Assembly: GCA_965649825.1 (NCBI GenBank)
Contig: OZ287694.1
Coordinates: 557,197 to 621,196, forward strand
Direction of reading: 5' to 3'
Source of the DNA: Penicillus capitatus
Lineage: Eukaryota; Plantae; Chlorophyta
Length of the DNA: 64,000 nt
The notes under the pieces are model-generated. The model saw only the letters and a program-made list of their open reading frames with translations, was not told the DNA's origin and made no database searches. The first letter of the stretch is position 1; the number at the start of each line of letters is the position of its first letter. Below are positions 1-11,874 of this stretch, piece after piece. The position numbers were made by a program, and so were the translations under genes.

Positions 1-380
1 TGAGAATCGCGTGTCCGCTACCGGAAGTAGGTGCCGTGCAGCTCTGCCGGAATTTCGCCTTCGACGTTCTCGACCCAGTATCCCTCGGGGCATTCTTCGA
101 CGGATATGTAGGCGGAGAAGTAGCGCCTAGAAAAGCACAGAACGGTGCGACAACGACGCGTCATTCGGCAGTACGCTCTGCCGATGTTTGTTCGTGCACG
201 CTCGTCCTCCGTTTGTTCCGCCAGAGAGGACGGCGACTGGGGACTCGGACGACTGGTGAAAGTGCATTCGGACGCTTTTGGGATGCCGGCAATGCTCTTC
301 GGTGCCCGATTCTTGCGAGAAAAACTGCGCGGAATGCAAAACGTGGTACCAGAGACACTAGCGAGACGAACGGATTTCAT
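1..380 (-). CDS. Carotenoid cleavage oxygenase (RPE65/CCD/ACO family), copy 1, 5' part only; gene runs off the left edge
   Basis: ORF 18..425 ends in YWVENVEGEIPAELHGTYFR, the CCD N-terminal G-x-IP-x-x-L-x-GT-x-FR(NGPG) motif. It is near-identical to the complete copies at 15.7-18.1 kb and 53.8-56.2 kb. Likely ATG at 380 (MKSVRLASV), followed by a Ser/Arg-rich transit-peptide-like leader. Confidence 0.85.
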
Positions 381-1743
381 GTTAACAGACAACGCGAGGG
401 AGAAAAGTTTAGTCTCTGATCTCAAAATACAAACTAAAGATTTTGCGCTCGGGAAATCGACGTTGAACTCCAGTCATGCTAGTGTCAGCACACGTGGTTC
501 AGACGATTCGTGCATCCATAATGCATGCCGTAGCTGATGTGACGCGTACCGCTCGAATCGATGCATTCAGTCGAACATCGCTTCAAACGATCTTGGCACC
601 GGCTGTGTATCGTCGTGCTGCAGTCTCTGGCAATGTTCCCTTAATTCGCGTTCATGATGACCCCGGAAACCAACGAAGTGGATGATTTGGATCGGAGATG
701 CTTAGTCGAAGATGGAATTGAGGTGACTGGCGGTCGCTTCACATGAGGCAGCAAACAATCTCTGCCAACTGGCAACCTTTTCGGTCGATGGATGTGAGTG
801 GTCTCTGATTAACTTGGCAGTTCGGCAGAAGAACAAAGAGATCCTCGTTGTCGAACTGCCATTAGACAAGATGTGCTGTCAGGTCATGGATACTGGAACC
901 AAGGGGTAAAGAAGATGACATGGACATCTCATGCAAAGATGCAGCGAACAGCTGGGTGATACTCATGACAGTCGAATACGAATTAACACGATCCATTGTG
1001 TCACAGATGAATACCGTCACAGGAAGATGCTCTGGCATCACGTGCGGCTGGCGCCATTTCTGCCAGACGACACTGGTATTCAGCATCCTAATAGAGGTTT
1101 TAGCAACGCTTTGTCTCCACTAGGAGATAACTGACGAGGGCCTTTCGATGGTTAGCAGCGTATGTGGCTGTATAGAATCGCAGTCGTGGCGATGCGTAGC
1201 AAACCGTCGTACGAATAAATCGTCTGGTGACCATTGATTCGTGTCTTTTGTGTTCGTCTGCTTTGTTCCTCTCCGACTGAGCTCCAAACCACTGCGACTT
1301 GTGTGCGGACCACCTTCCCGTTGTTCGTGCGTTGGTTCGGCGATGCAGTACACGTCCTTCAGACCGATCGCGGAAGGCGGAGCAGAACGCAGTCGGAGGT
1401 TTGTCGACGGAGGTCGTCTGTTGTTTTCCGCAGTGATCCGACCCGCCCGGAGAGAACGACGACGAGCAGTGGAACCACGAGCGCGGAGGACGACGTGTAC
1501 TGCGAAGTTTGCGTCCGAAGAAAAGCAAACTCCTAACCGACGCGTTAGAAACCGAGGGGTCGTGCGTCGACTTTCCATGCAAGTAGGCTCTCCTTCGACC
1601 GCGCATCGTCTAAGCACGTTTGTTTCTTCAAGGAGGCTCTGAGGCTCGTTGATTCCCGAGCGACTGCGATACCGCCCAACGAACAACGTGAAAAGGGTAC
1701 CATCACCGCGCACAACATCCTCAGGCGAAAAGGGCACCATTAC

Positions 1744-2715
1744 AGTTTCCCTGCCAGCGGCGCCCTCGGGAAATCCACGTGAGCCGAGTTAGCCATCGCA
1801 CCCAGGGGTCAACGCATGGTTGTGTGTTTCAGATGCAGCTGTCACCCGGTGGTGGCACCTGGCCGAGGCAGCTCTGCGGTGGGATAAGCGGAGTATGCGT
1901 GGACGTGGCGTCGTTCTGAAGCGCTGGGCCCGGTCCAAGCCCCTCGCGTTCGGATCTGTCGCCGGTACCTTGAAGGATGCTGGCTTTGGAGGCCCCCACT
2001 CAGGACCCGCATTTCCCTTTTTTCTATAAGGGTCTCTTGTTAGGGTCTTTTCTTTCGTCCTGAGTGGGTTTTTCAGTTCGCCGTATTAGCCGGTAGTTTT
2101 TTAGTACTTTGTTAGACCCTGCTCTTTCTGTTCTCCTTTCTGTATTTAGGGTAAGTAGCCTTTTTCTTGACTGTACATCAATTATTTTACTTCTTTCTAT
2201 GTATGCTCTGGCGACCTTTCTGTCGCGCTTACTTTGTTCATGTTATGGTTTCCCAATTTTGTTTTTTTCGCATTCCCTGTGCTTGCCTGTTTGTTACTGT
2301 GCTGTTTGGGCTTGAGACCGGCCACCTGCCTTCTTGACTGCGTGTTTCTCTGTTCGTGTTTTATTGCATGTGTGTTTTTTCATCTATACTGTGTGTTTTG
2401 CTCTTTTCTGTCCCTTCTTTGTGTGTTTTTTGTTAGCGTGCGCGCCGCCTTCGCCTCCTTAGCTGGCTCTGCAGGGGGAAAGCACAGTGAAGGTGTGGGG
2501 TGAGGCTTTGCACGGGTCGGTGTCCCTGTCGTGGATGGTGACAGAAGCGGGCCCTGCAAGCTTTCGCTACCCCCCAGGTCAGATCCCTACCTCTCTCGTA
2601 TAACATGACTCGACATGTGTGTCTGCCACTAGGCTGTGAGTCAGGTCGCCGTCCGCCTCCAATGGACAGCTGGCGATATACTTCACCCGAGGGCGCCGCA
2701 CGGGCAGTGGAAACT
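1744..2715. mobile_element. ~970-bp ORF-less fold-back element, copy 1 (GC-rich arms, T-rich core, imperfect ~30-bp terminal inverted repeats)
   Basis: Left end agtttccctgccagcggcgccctcggg is complementary to right end cccgagggcgccgcacgggcagtggaaact. The core at about 2020-2435 is T-rich. Three copies are present. No target-site duplication was identified and the class is unassigned. Confidence 0.65.
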
Positions 2716-3391
2716 AGGTGTTCGATGCAAGGGGACACAGTATCGAATGTCGCCCGAGGACGATGCTTGTCAGCCGTGTCCTCCGAATGCAAACTGTGCA
2801 TCCGATAGCGTCATTCAGCCGAACCGAAGTACTGGCATCCGTATCCGTGCTCCGTGCACATGCAGGAATGCCTGAGCCAATCGGCGTGCGATTTTGATCG
2901 AGAGGCGCAGCTGGTCGCCATCACAAGAGATACGCATGACTGTGATCTCAACGCGGCCACTGAAAGTGCCTATGCCGAAGAACAATGCAATGAGGTCTCG
3001 TTTTCCTTCTCCTAACCCCTTTTCTCTTATCTCTCGTGAAGCAGGGATACAGAGGCCCGCTTTGTGGTGAATGCAGAAGTGGATACGGTCATACGTCTTC
3101 TTTGGACTGCGACCGATGCGACAAGGACCTGAGCATTGCCTACCTAGTTCTCTCTGTCGTCGTCGTTTTGGCACTCAGCAGCTTCGCCATCAAGAGTAGT
3201 CTGGGACCAGCTCTATCAAGTGGACAAGACATCGCGCGACTCCTTCGCCAAGTGCCAGCACGCAAGCCGATCAGGACCGTTTCTGTTCCGGAAAAACTCC
3301 AGTTGTCAGAACTCAGTGGTCCGTTAAGCAGAGTCGTCTCATCAAGGCGCCAGGCGACCGAGATCGCAGGCAGTCATGGAAGCGACGAAGA
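2716..3391 (+). pseudogene. Fragment of the beta-helix/Cys-rich/multi-TM family (Cys-rich module plus first TM), frameshifted and truncated at both ends
   Basis: Encodes CQPCPPNANC...YWHPYPCSVHMQECL and GYRGPLCGECRSGYGH, homologous to 34160-34600. It has a 1-nt deletion near 2827 relative to the 20.5 kb copy, and similarity stops at 3391. Confidence 0.8.
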
Positions 3392-4809
3392 GTTCAGAGA
3401 GCCCTGTCTTCAGATCTGGCGCAAGATGTGCCCGAGCGGCATGGGGGTTATATAGGACCCGATCTGCTGAGAGATTCGGTTTTCGTCTACGCGAGGTCCA
3501 GCAATGTGAAGAGGCTGAAGCGTTTAGATATGGAGAGGATTAGACGACTGAAACCGCTATCAAATCTGGCGAGCTGATTCCGGACCTTGTGTTTGAAGGC
3601 GTTGAGCGTTCTGTATTCGAAATCGGAGGATCGAAAGACAACGAGACAGGGATGAAGCAGCAGCAGGGTGTTGATCCTGAGTTTTACGACGGACGCAGTC
3701 AGCGTGCACCTTACAGGCGACACCGTGGAAGTTGCTTGTCGTGAATGAACGTGCGATCGCCACACCTCGAAACACGACAATGTCAACCAGATGCTTATTG
3801 TCTCAGAAGAGTGAGATGTAACTCACTGAAATCTATATCTTGCCTCTCGACTGTAGGTTCGTTGGAAATTTGCACGCTTCCTGGAAGGCGTTCGGATTCG
3901 TTGACATGACGTCGTCAGAGAGTGACTCCGTTTCTGTATTCAGTTCCGAGTATCGACAGCTCCCGTCTTCTTCGTGCTGTTGCACGGGCTTGTTTCAATC
4001 TGACGATGCGGAAGCGAACATCACTGGTGTCGATCGGGAGCAGTGTCGACATCGATTAGCGATGTCGCTGCGGAAGGACTCTTTTCTAAATAACGCGACG
4101 TCGATCTACGAGTCGCCGGGAGGCAGTCGCGCGGGGGACCACGAGAACGAAGCGCGAGACGATTCGTCTGGCGACAGAGAGTTTTTCTTTACACCCGCGC
4201 CATCGAGGCAAACGCGTTTATCGTATCAGCAGACATTCCACTCCTCCTATTTATTCCGGATGTGCGAGCTGGATAGAAGAGCGAGAGTCAGAAGCAGTGT
4301 CGGCTGTTTCCAATCAATCGCATATGAAAGCATGTGGCGGCTAGTGGCATGCACAGGCGATAGGTGCCGCCCTCAGAAGACATCAGAAGCGACCAGACAG
4401 CATGCACTTGTTGGCATCCTCGCTACCTGTCGCATTTCTCAGTGCGTCTGGAACCACATATCAGCTTCATGAACTCTTCGTGAAGTTCCACACGCGGCCT
4501 GACTTGAATCAGTCGCATCACAGGAAAAGCCATTCGACAATCCCGTCTCGTACGGCAATGGAGAAGTTCAGTAATCGCACTTCTGTTGATTGCGACAACG
4601 AGGAAGACACGGGGCTCGCGTTTTCAGGTGAACGCACACTGACGTCGTTATGTTGTGTTGAAGAAAAGATCGAGCATATGTCTTTGATGGTCAAAAAGAT
4701 GCACATGGCATCTGCGTCTAATACACCAATGCAGCAGCTCCACACCGCAAGAGGCTCGCGAAGGTACCCTGCGAAGCGTACGCACGCACGCACGTGCCGC
4801 TCTCAGTCC

Positions 4810-4914
4810 AGATGCACTGTTTAATGGCAAAGGTCCAATTGTGTGGCAGAGATTCCGTATTGACACTTAGATGCTCCGTTTAATGGCAAAGGTCAAAATG
4901 CGTGGCAGAGATTC
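4810..4914. repeat. Two-copy tandem duplication with a 59-bp period
   Basis: gtttaatggcaaaggtc-x-aa-x-tg-x-gtggcagagattc occurs at 4819 and 4878. Confidence 0.85.
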
Positions 4915-5062
4915 TGAAACGACGGAGGCCATTCATTCATTCGCCATCGATTTGTTTTGCACGCGCGCGTCTTGTGGTCTTGAATTTGTTTGCTGAATTC
5001 TGTTGCTTACTTCTCTATCGCCCTTGCACCCCTTTGCCAAACGTGTCTCTACGATTTCTGCC

Positions 5063-5569
5063 ATGCGGACGCGTCTTTCCACCCTCATTGAGGACGGCAC
5101 CGTCGTGCTCCGACTGTTGCAGTGGGTCTGGTTTTCGTCCCTTGTGTTGGCTGGATACTTCAGTCTTCAGTGCGTTTACACACTCGAGCCTCTAGATGAC
5201 CGTTTTGAGGCACTGGGTCACGCGGCCTCTATTGTCTACGGTTTTGTCGTCGTCGGTCGCTGGATTGCCATTTTCTACTGGGGGTACTCTTGCCCGCCGA
5301 TGTGCATCGTCAGTTTCACTCGTCGGCATCATTGGATGCATCGATGCATGCCTTGGCTGTGCTATATTCTATGTGCCTTCTTTATTTCTTTTTTCGTCGT
5401 TGTTCCTATTTCGCTCTATTTCGCGAATATAGCGTCTGCGATAGATCACATAGACAATGCTGTCTACTCGGCTGGCGGCCTGATCATGGTTTTCCACATT
5501 CTGGGTCATTTGTGGATTTTCTTTTCGTGCCAGCAAGGCGACACGATTGTCGTTGAGGATGAACCTTGA
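5063..5569 (+). CDS. Small membrane protein with about 4 TM helices, unknown function
   Basis: Single-exon 168-aa ORF from MRTRLS with four hydrophobic segments and an acidic C-tail (VVEDEP). Confidence 0.55.
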   Translation: MRTRLSTLIEDGTVVLRLLQWVWFSSLVLAGYFSLQCVYTLEPLDDRFEALGHAASIVYGFVVVGRWIAIFYWGYSCPPMCIVSFTRRHHWMHRCMPWLCYILCAFFISFFVVVPISLYFANIASAIDHIDNAVYSAGGLIMVFHILGHLWIFFSCQQGDTIVVEDEP

Positions 5570-7267
5570 TAGCATCGATCCTCGTATTATTCTTTGACAA
5601 CATCGATTTCGGTGACAGACATTCTTTAACAGCGAAGGTATCCATGACATTCATTGCCATTTTTCGTAGTCGGGGGTTGCATCAATGTCTCTGTCGCGGT
5701 TCGACAGAGAAATCTGTTCAAGGCTCAATATTCAGCGGCGCTGTTTCTATAGACGAAGGATGCCCTTTCGTTGGAACAGTGCAGCTGTGCGAGCGATCGA
5801 GTGTTATCTGTTGTCCGTCCAATGATGATTCTTTTCTTTCCACTTTTTTGAGAGGTATGGATGTCCTTCGCCGATCAGAAACGCAGAAATTGTCGCTGTT
5901 CGGCCAAACAAACGAAAAGAAAGAGAAACTCGATTCCACGAAGCTGTCTTCCCGCAAGTGTGTGACAACACACCGCGTCTCTTCAAATGAAAAAGCCTAG
6001 CAGCGTTTAGACCGTTTGTATGCCAAGTTTAAAGATCTGATCTGAATGAAGAGTGCGTGTTGCCATCGCGATCCGATCGACTCCGACGCAGAGCGGCTCT
6101 GTTCTCGTTATCTTCATGCGCCTGATTATAACAAACGCTCTGCTGGAGTATCGTCTATGGATTCAGAACCCTTGAATGTATTGCTCTCGCGGCTCTGGCC
6201 TCGACCATTCGCCCGTTGCGAGGATGGCGTTGCGTCGTCTGCAATTCGCCTGCCGTGTGCCACTAGGGTGAAATGTCCTTTAGCTCCCCGCGGGCCAGGA
6301 GGGATACGAAGAATCGGCCTGAAATGCAGAATGTAGACGACGCGGGGTGGCCGTAAGTGAGTCAGTACTGCGTCAGCCATGGCAAAGCGATCCATCGCTG
6401 GCGGAGAGCGTCGTTCTCGTCTCTCCGTCCGCTGCGCACTCAATACCACTGCCGTCGTGGCGACAGTCAATCTGCCAGAGGCAACGTCTACCATCAGACA
6501 CGAAGCAAGTGACGGCAACAATAGAAAGAGAGCGCTGAACGCTGTTGTGACAAAGAGGACACGAGAACGGAAACCTGCAAGAAGCGCCCCCGTTTCCACA
6601 GAATCAGACTGCCCTCCCCTCGTCTGTGTCGCCGGATGCAGCGCAGCACAGACGTGACAGACTGTTCTATCGTCTTCGTAAAGAAACCCTTTGACGAAAT
6701 GCAACGTACGAATCCTGCTTGCTGTCTTTGAGATCTCTGGATACGTCTGACCAAGCATCGAGTGCTCGAATCTTATTTCCGAAGGAGTAAGCTTCGGAGA
6801 TAGCTTATTGTTTGATGCATTCTATCATTGAAGATAACAGCTAGACTCTCCGCGTATGCTCCAAAGATAGTGGCCGAGGTCTGTTAGAGGTGGCAGCCAA
6901 CGACAGTGCTCTTCTACTTTTTAAGAATTGTTAACTTTTCTGGCTCGTGATGACTTTGTCTGATGTCGTTCGCGTGCGCGCGGTGGACTGTTGTTGCGTT
7001 CCGGCTGTCGTTTAAAGGCTGTGAGATCATACGGCAGGGCGTCTTACGTGCGAGACGTCCACGACATCCGACAATGTGAAAGTACACCTTTGGTCTAAGT
7101 ATGACTTCGTGAAAAGAGGTCGAGCGGCTTGTCCGGCAACTTTAGCGACTTATCTGCAGACAAGATTGTTCAGAAAGGAAAGTACAGGGAGAGATTTTGG
7201 TGGAACATTAGAGAGGTTGTCATGGATTGTGAAAGTTGCCAAACAATCGTCGGCAAATGTCGAAGAC

Positions 7268-7617
7268 GTCAAAGAGTCGCCGGCGAAGTCGTCGAGGACG
7301 CAAGGTGGTCGACGGAGAAAGTCGTCAAAAGTTGCCGAGAGAGTCGTCACGGGCGGGCTTACGTTGGCGACGGCGTCTTCTCGACTGTGGGGATCGACCC
7401 GAAGCGGATGGTGCAGTTGGACCAGTTCGAGAAGTACGACCGCGGGGGTTCGATACCTGCGCCGGACACAGAGGAGGGTTGTCCCATCAGAGTTGACCGG
7501 TTGTGTCCGGCGAGCCCGCGCCGAGTTGGATGGGTTACGGCGGGGAAAGGACAACGTCGCGCTGAGTTCGGGGGCCGACGACGATGGAGTCTCACCACCC
7601 GGACAAAAACTTTTGGA
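7268..7617. repeat. Core of repeat X, inverted relative to the copies at 14.6 kb and 28.6 kb
   Basis: The reverse complement matches 14601-14950 and 28584-28931; all share the end caaaagtttttgtccgggtgg. Confidence 0.9.
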
Positions 7618-8387
7618 TTTTTGTTTAACCGTCGTTTCTGTTCTTGCGCTCCTCCGCCTTCGCGAGTTCCGTTTGAGCTACGCAGTCGATTTCTGTCGAC
7701 TCGATTCTGTCAAAGGTCGCGTTTGGCGACCGATTCGCTTACAACGGGGATGGCAGCGCCTCTTGCAACGCCGTTCGAAAGTCCTTAGCAACTCGATTTG
7801 GGGTGTAATACACCGAATAGACACACGTGATCCGGTTTTTTCGTCAAGAACCATCTTTTCTGTGATACCTTGCATGCAGCTTGCGGTGACAGTGTGAAAG
7901 AGCATACAGCGCATTCTGTTACCCTGCTGCCTTCCACCGTAGCTGTCTTGCTGAACAGCTGTAGCAGGATTGGTTTGTCGATACAAGAGGCGATCTTCGT
8001 TGCACACGTTGTCGTTGTTTAAGAAACGGAATATCGGTAGATATCGTCGTCAAGAGCGGTGTGTGGTTGTTGCAGATCGTGCACGGCAAGGGCCATGTCC
8101 GGCAGGATTCCTCTCTCGACGAGTGGCAGTTTCCTTTCGAACACATGATCATCTATTCAGTGTCGTCGTCTAACGAACGCGATCCTTCTTCGTCCAACGT
8201 TTTGTGCTTCGTCCAAAGAACTTTGTTTATTTGCTTTACAAGGATATTCACATTGTGCGATGCAGTTCTTGGCCAATGTATCACAAAGTGAGATCAGAAA
8301 GAATCCACCCACGTATGTGCTATCCATTGCGAGAACAACATGTCTGAGCAGCGTCCCCTTCGCTCTCTTCTGTCGACTCGATGGAAT

Positions 8388-8944
8388 TCAGCCAACAAGC
8401 TGTCTTATGGCGCACACAAAAACCTGTTGGTCAACTGTGGAGCCCGTATCCAAAAGCACAGGTTGCCCCGCTCCGTCAATTCCTTCATCCTTGGTGGCCT
8501 TTGGGGGAGTTTTGCTAAGATATTTCTGTGGGGTTTTTCCACGACAGTATTCTGGGTGGTTCGTTCGAACACTTGAATCGTCGTCGGTTTCTTCGTTTTC
8601 TTTTCCTCCTCTTTCACTTCCTCTGCAGCGACGTCGACGTCGGCATCGTGGTCCCCTTCCCCTTCACTTTCCGCATCTGCTACATCAAAGTCGATATCGT
8701 CATAGGATACGACGTCCGTGTCTATCTCAGCCTTGTCTTGCGCTTCGTCTGATTTCCTTGCTTCTGAAGATGCAGTTGTGATAAGTACTACACATGACTC
8801 TTGGGTCGTGAGCGAACCAGGAGCTTCTGAAAGCATAGCTATCTTTCCTTCGGAGTCTATCACTTCTTGCAGTCCGAAATCATCTTCAAACCCGATGCTG
8901 GCGACGCTCGCGTGGTCGGGGGCAGATGTAGAACCCAGAGGCGT
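8388..8944 (-). pseudogene. Acidic secreted-protein family member A (last exon), frameshifted before the conserved C-terminal motif
   Basis: FEDDFGLQEV and an Asp/Glu-rich linker are present. TPPKATKDEGIDGAGQPV is reached only after a 1-nt deletion in an A-run near 8535, relative to the paralogue at 27.66 kb. Confidence 0.6.
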
Positions 8945-10386
8945 CTGTGTGACACACAGAACGGTGTGAATTTCCTAGATGACACTTAACGTTAAACACC
9001 CTTTGTAGGTTTCCCGGAATACCAACAGAAAAATCGAAATCGCGCAGGTTTTGTCCATCGTTAAACGCGCGTCGTTTTTTCGACTTGCAGATATGTGAAG
9101 AACAAAGAAACGCCCCGGCGCAAACGAATCTCATCGCAAAACCGCCAGTTGTACGAAGAGGCGTTCCACAGACACGACACCCGCATGAAACCAATAGCCT
9201 GCGGCTGGATGCCGGAAGTCACCTCTCCACACTTTCCAGTTGAACCTGCGACGCACAACAACGAAAACAACCCACCCTTAGAGTCAGACATCTCTTTTCT
9301 CTCAGTCTGCGGCGTTTTTCTGCTCTTCCACTGGGCGATAACTGCAGAATCAAGAATGTGACTTTAAGAGATGCTTATTCCATGAATTCCGTAAAGCCTA
9401 GATGAGCCCTCGACGTATAGGATATATTGTTGTAAGGTATCGACCTCGAAAGTTTGAGGCTAGAGATCGCAGAGATACCTAGTGCCTTGTCTCTATTAGC
9501 TGGCTAGCAGACAGCCCCACGGCAATCGTTGTGACACGACTGACCGATGTTCGCGTTGTTGGCTCGACAGGTTGCTGCCCCGTCGAGGCCGAGACCAAAT
9601 GGTCGAGAGTGGGGCCAACGAGCCGCTTCGCTGAGGCCATCGATCTCAGTCCCGAAGGTCCTGGTCTTTGTACGACAATCGGTAACACATTTCTCCGTTT
9701 GAAAAAGTGTTTCTGTAAATGCCAGTATAAGACGGGAAGAGTTTCAAAGCGTCGGATGGTGGTATCGATTCACTTGAGGGCTAAACGACGCGTTAGATAT
9801 CTTTCATGATAAATATGCTGTGTGATTTATTAGGTCAAGGAAGATGCGAGTAAATCCGGCTACAGGACTGTCTAGTACTACGCATTGAACCCGGTGCGGA
9901 TAGGCAGCTCTCGCAGCGTTATGACGAGAGCATTGGGTCAGCCTGACCAGATACCAACCCGCTTCCAGAATTCGCTCTCCGCGTCGCATCGGATGAGGGT
10001 CTGTTTGAAAAGCGTGACAGCTACGACGGCATCGCAGAGTTCTGCACGATCCTTCGTTGTAAACTTAAATCGAGCTCGTTTCACAGATTCTACGACCCGT
10101 TCATCGACACAATGAACGTTACGGAATTCGAGCCGTTCTTTGACGAGCGAGATCGAATCATGAATGTCTAAGGAAGTAGACCGTCTTCATAAAACACGAC
10201 TACGCTATTGCGGCAACAGAGAATCGAAACAAATGAAATATAATCTTTGGTATCCTTCATTCGTATCTGCATATTTGATCCGACTTTTGGGAAAGACGCC
10301 CGTCCAAGCTTCTCTTCAGCGAGGAGCGGAAAAACAACAGGACAAGAAGATTCCTTATGTCCTTGACAAACCGCATATGTTGTGCT

Positions 10387-11799
10387 TCAAAAGCCAGTCA
10401 TGGCGAGTTTCACGATGGCGTGGGTCTCTTCTTCAGTCTGCACGACTCCGTGAAAAGACAGGTGTGATGCGGAGAGATCGATCGCACTTGTATGCCATTC
10501 TTCTGCGTTTGGAGTTCTTTGTTCATGTCCATGGCGCCCTTGGGAAGATCCGTCTGAAACCATCGATGTTCCATGATTCCTTCCATGTCGATGCGTTGGG
10601 TTGGATCCTTGTCCAATATCTTGTGCAGCAGGTCGCTCAGATCGGCAGAGATGGCGGGATGATCAGGGATCGTTAACGGCGCTTCTGCAATTCTCTGGCG
10701 ATGAACAGGATCGATAGCAGAGGCAAAGAATGAGGTGACTGCTCACTGTCATCATTCGTTGCGGTTTGTCTTGCCGATCGAGACTTCTTTTTTCGGTGTT
10801 ATCAAAGGGATACGATGCAAAAATCATGGTGTAAAGAAAGAATCCACACAACCAAATGTCCGCTTTCTGTAAGCGACACGCAGACACACGTCATCTTCGG
10901 GATGTCGAGCAATGGAACGGGTACTTTGCTGTCATACGTCTGTCCTTGCCTTGTTGCGAAGATGGCCTCTGGTGCCATGTAGGCAGGCGTGCCCACTCTC
11001 GGATGCGTCGATCCACACATATCGTTCTGTGCAGAACGGAATGTCGAAAAAAAAGCTTAGATGACAAGACAGACACGGCTTACCTGGCTATACCTAAAGC
11101 CACAGATTTTGAGGAGAGGCCATTGGCCACTACTCAGCAGAGCATGTTCAAGCTTGATATCATGACTTGTCACTCCCAGTTGATGGCAGTAATCTAAACT
11201 GATGATAAGCTGCTGAAAAAACCAGCGTGTCTGATTCTCGTTGAGTCCGTCTTTCTTCTTAACCAGATCCAACAGATCGCCACCCGGAGCGTACTCCGTG
11301 ACGATGCATAAGTGTCGGGGCGTCAAGTATACCTAGAAGTTTATCACACATCGCAATTTAGCAATGCTGTAGAGAATTTGCGACAACTGAACAACCTCTT
11401 CAAACTGGATCACGTGATGATGAAGTAAGTTTCGATGGTTCATAATCCCTTGCAACACATGCTCGTCGATCTGTCATCACAGTTCGACATTGGCGGAGTC
11501 TTTCGCCGGATGCATGTGCTTTACTTTTTCCCCGCGTTCGATGCACTTGACGGCATACTGCTCTCCTGTGCATTTGTTTTGAGCCAAGTGGACGGAGCCG
11601 AAGTCTCCGGAGCAAATGCCTTTGACCTGCCGTTGCGTCGAAAGCACTTCATCGGCAACACATTCCTTTGCTGTTTGCTTGCCTTCTTGTAGTATCTCTC
11701 ATTTCTGAGAGGCGGTGCGTCCATGAGCTGTGAAGAGGGCTGCGGTGGTAGATACTCGACGGCTTCTTGGTCTCCTTCTCGCTTGTCCCTCTCCTCCTC
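10387..11799 (-). CDS. SnRK2-derived Ser/Thr kinase domain with degenerate catalytic motifs (predicted pseudokinase), copy 1, multi-exon
   Basis: Spliced translation: VKGICSGDFGSVHLA..YAVKCIERGEK|IDEHVLQGIMNHRNL..QFEE|VYLTPRHLCIVTEYAPGG..SHDIKLEHALL..LKICGFRYS..VGTPAYMAPE..KADIWLCG..HRWF. The AVKxIERGxK IDE and LTPxHL motifs are typical of SnRK2. Confidence 0.85.
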
Positions 11800-11874
11800 C
11801 TTGCAAATACGCAACATCAATGGCATGCGACAGAGAAATGGATGCAGACAGAAGCGGCGGGGTCATCTGCACGT

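Larger units (their letters stand above)
1..3391. repeat. Segmental duplication copy; matches 17735-21080 and, up to the element end, 55837-58513
   Basis: Direct sequence match of roughly 90% by eye. tgagaatcgcgtgtccgctaccggaag occurs at 1, 17735 and 55837. Similarity to copy 2 ends after ggaagcgacgaaga (3391/21080). Confidence 0.95.

Noticed and set aside
1930-1945. CCGGUCCAAGCCC resembles the twister ribozyme L4 region
   Set aside because: The closing P4 strand (CCGG) and the upstream UAA cleavage motif are absent.
2445-2510. Second HDV-like core (CGCCUUC / GCC-UCCUUAGCU-GGC / GAAGGUG) in the right arm
   Set aside because: No convincing P1 partner exists, and the copy-3 change GGC to GAC breaks the putative P3 while fitting a long-range pairing instead.
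2436-2600. Group II intron-like GTGCG start and CCTACC end; group I intron, RNase P/MRP or SRP resemblance in the element's right arm
   Set aside because: No domain V, no P7 G-binding site and no CR-I/CR-V consensus were found, and the GTGCG-to-CCTACC distance is only about 150 nt.
3487-4824. ORFs 3487..3786 (-), 3840..4472 (+), 4402..4824 (+), and nearby 6126..6758 (-)
   Set aside because: No recognisable domain, paralogue or consistent splice model; left unannotated.
4810-4914. Repeat-spacer-repeat pattern resembling a CRISPR array
   Set aside because: Only two units, a 59-bp period, no cas genes and a eukaryotic context; this is a simple tandem duplication.
7076-7897. ORFs of 273 and 219 aa across repeat X as a possible gag or transposase
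   Set aside because: There is no zinc knuckle, DDE or RT motif, and the frames differ among the three copies outside the shared core.
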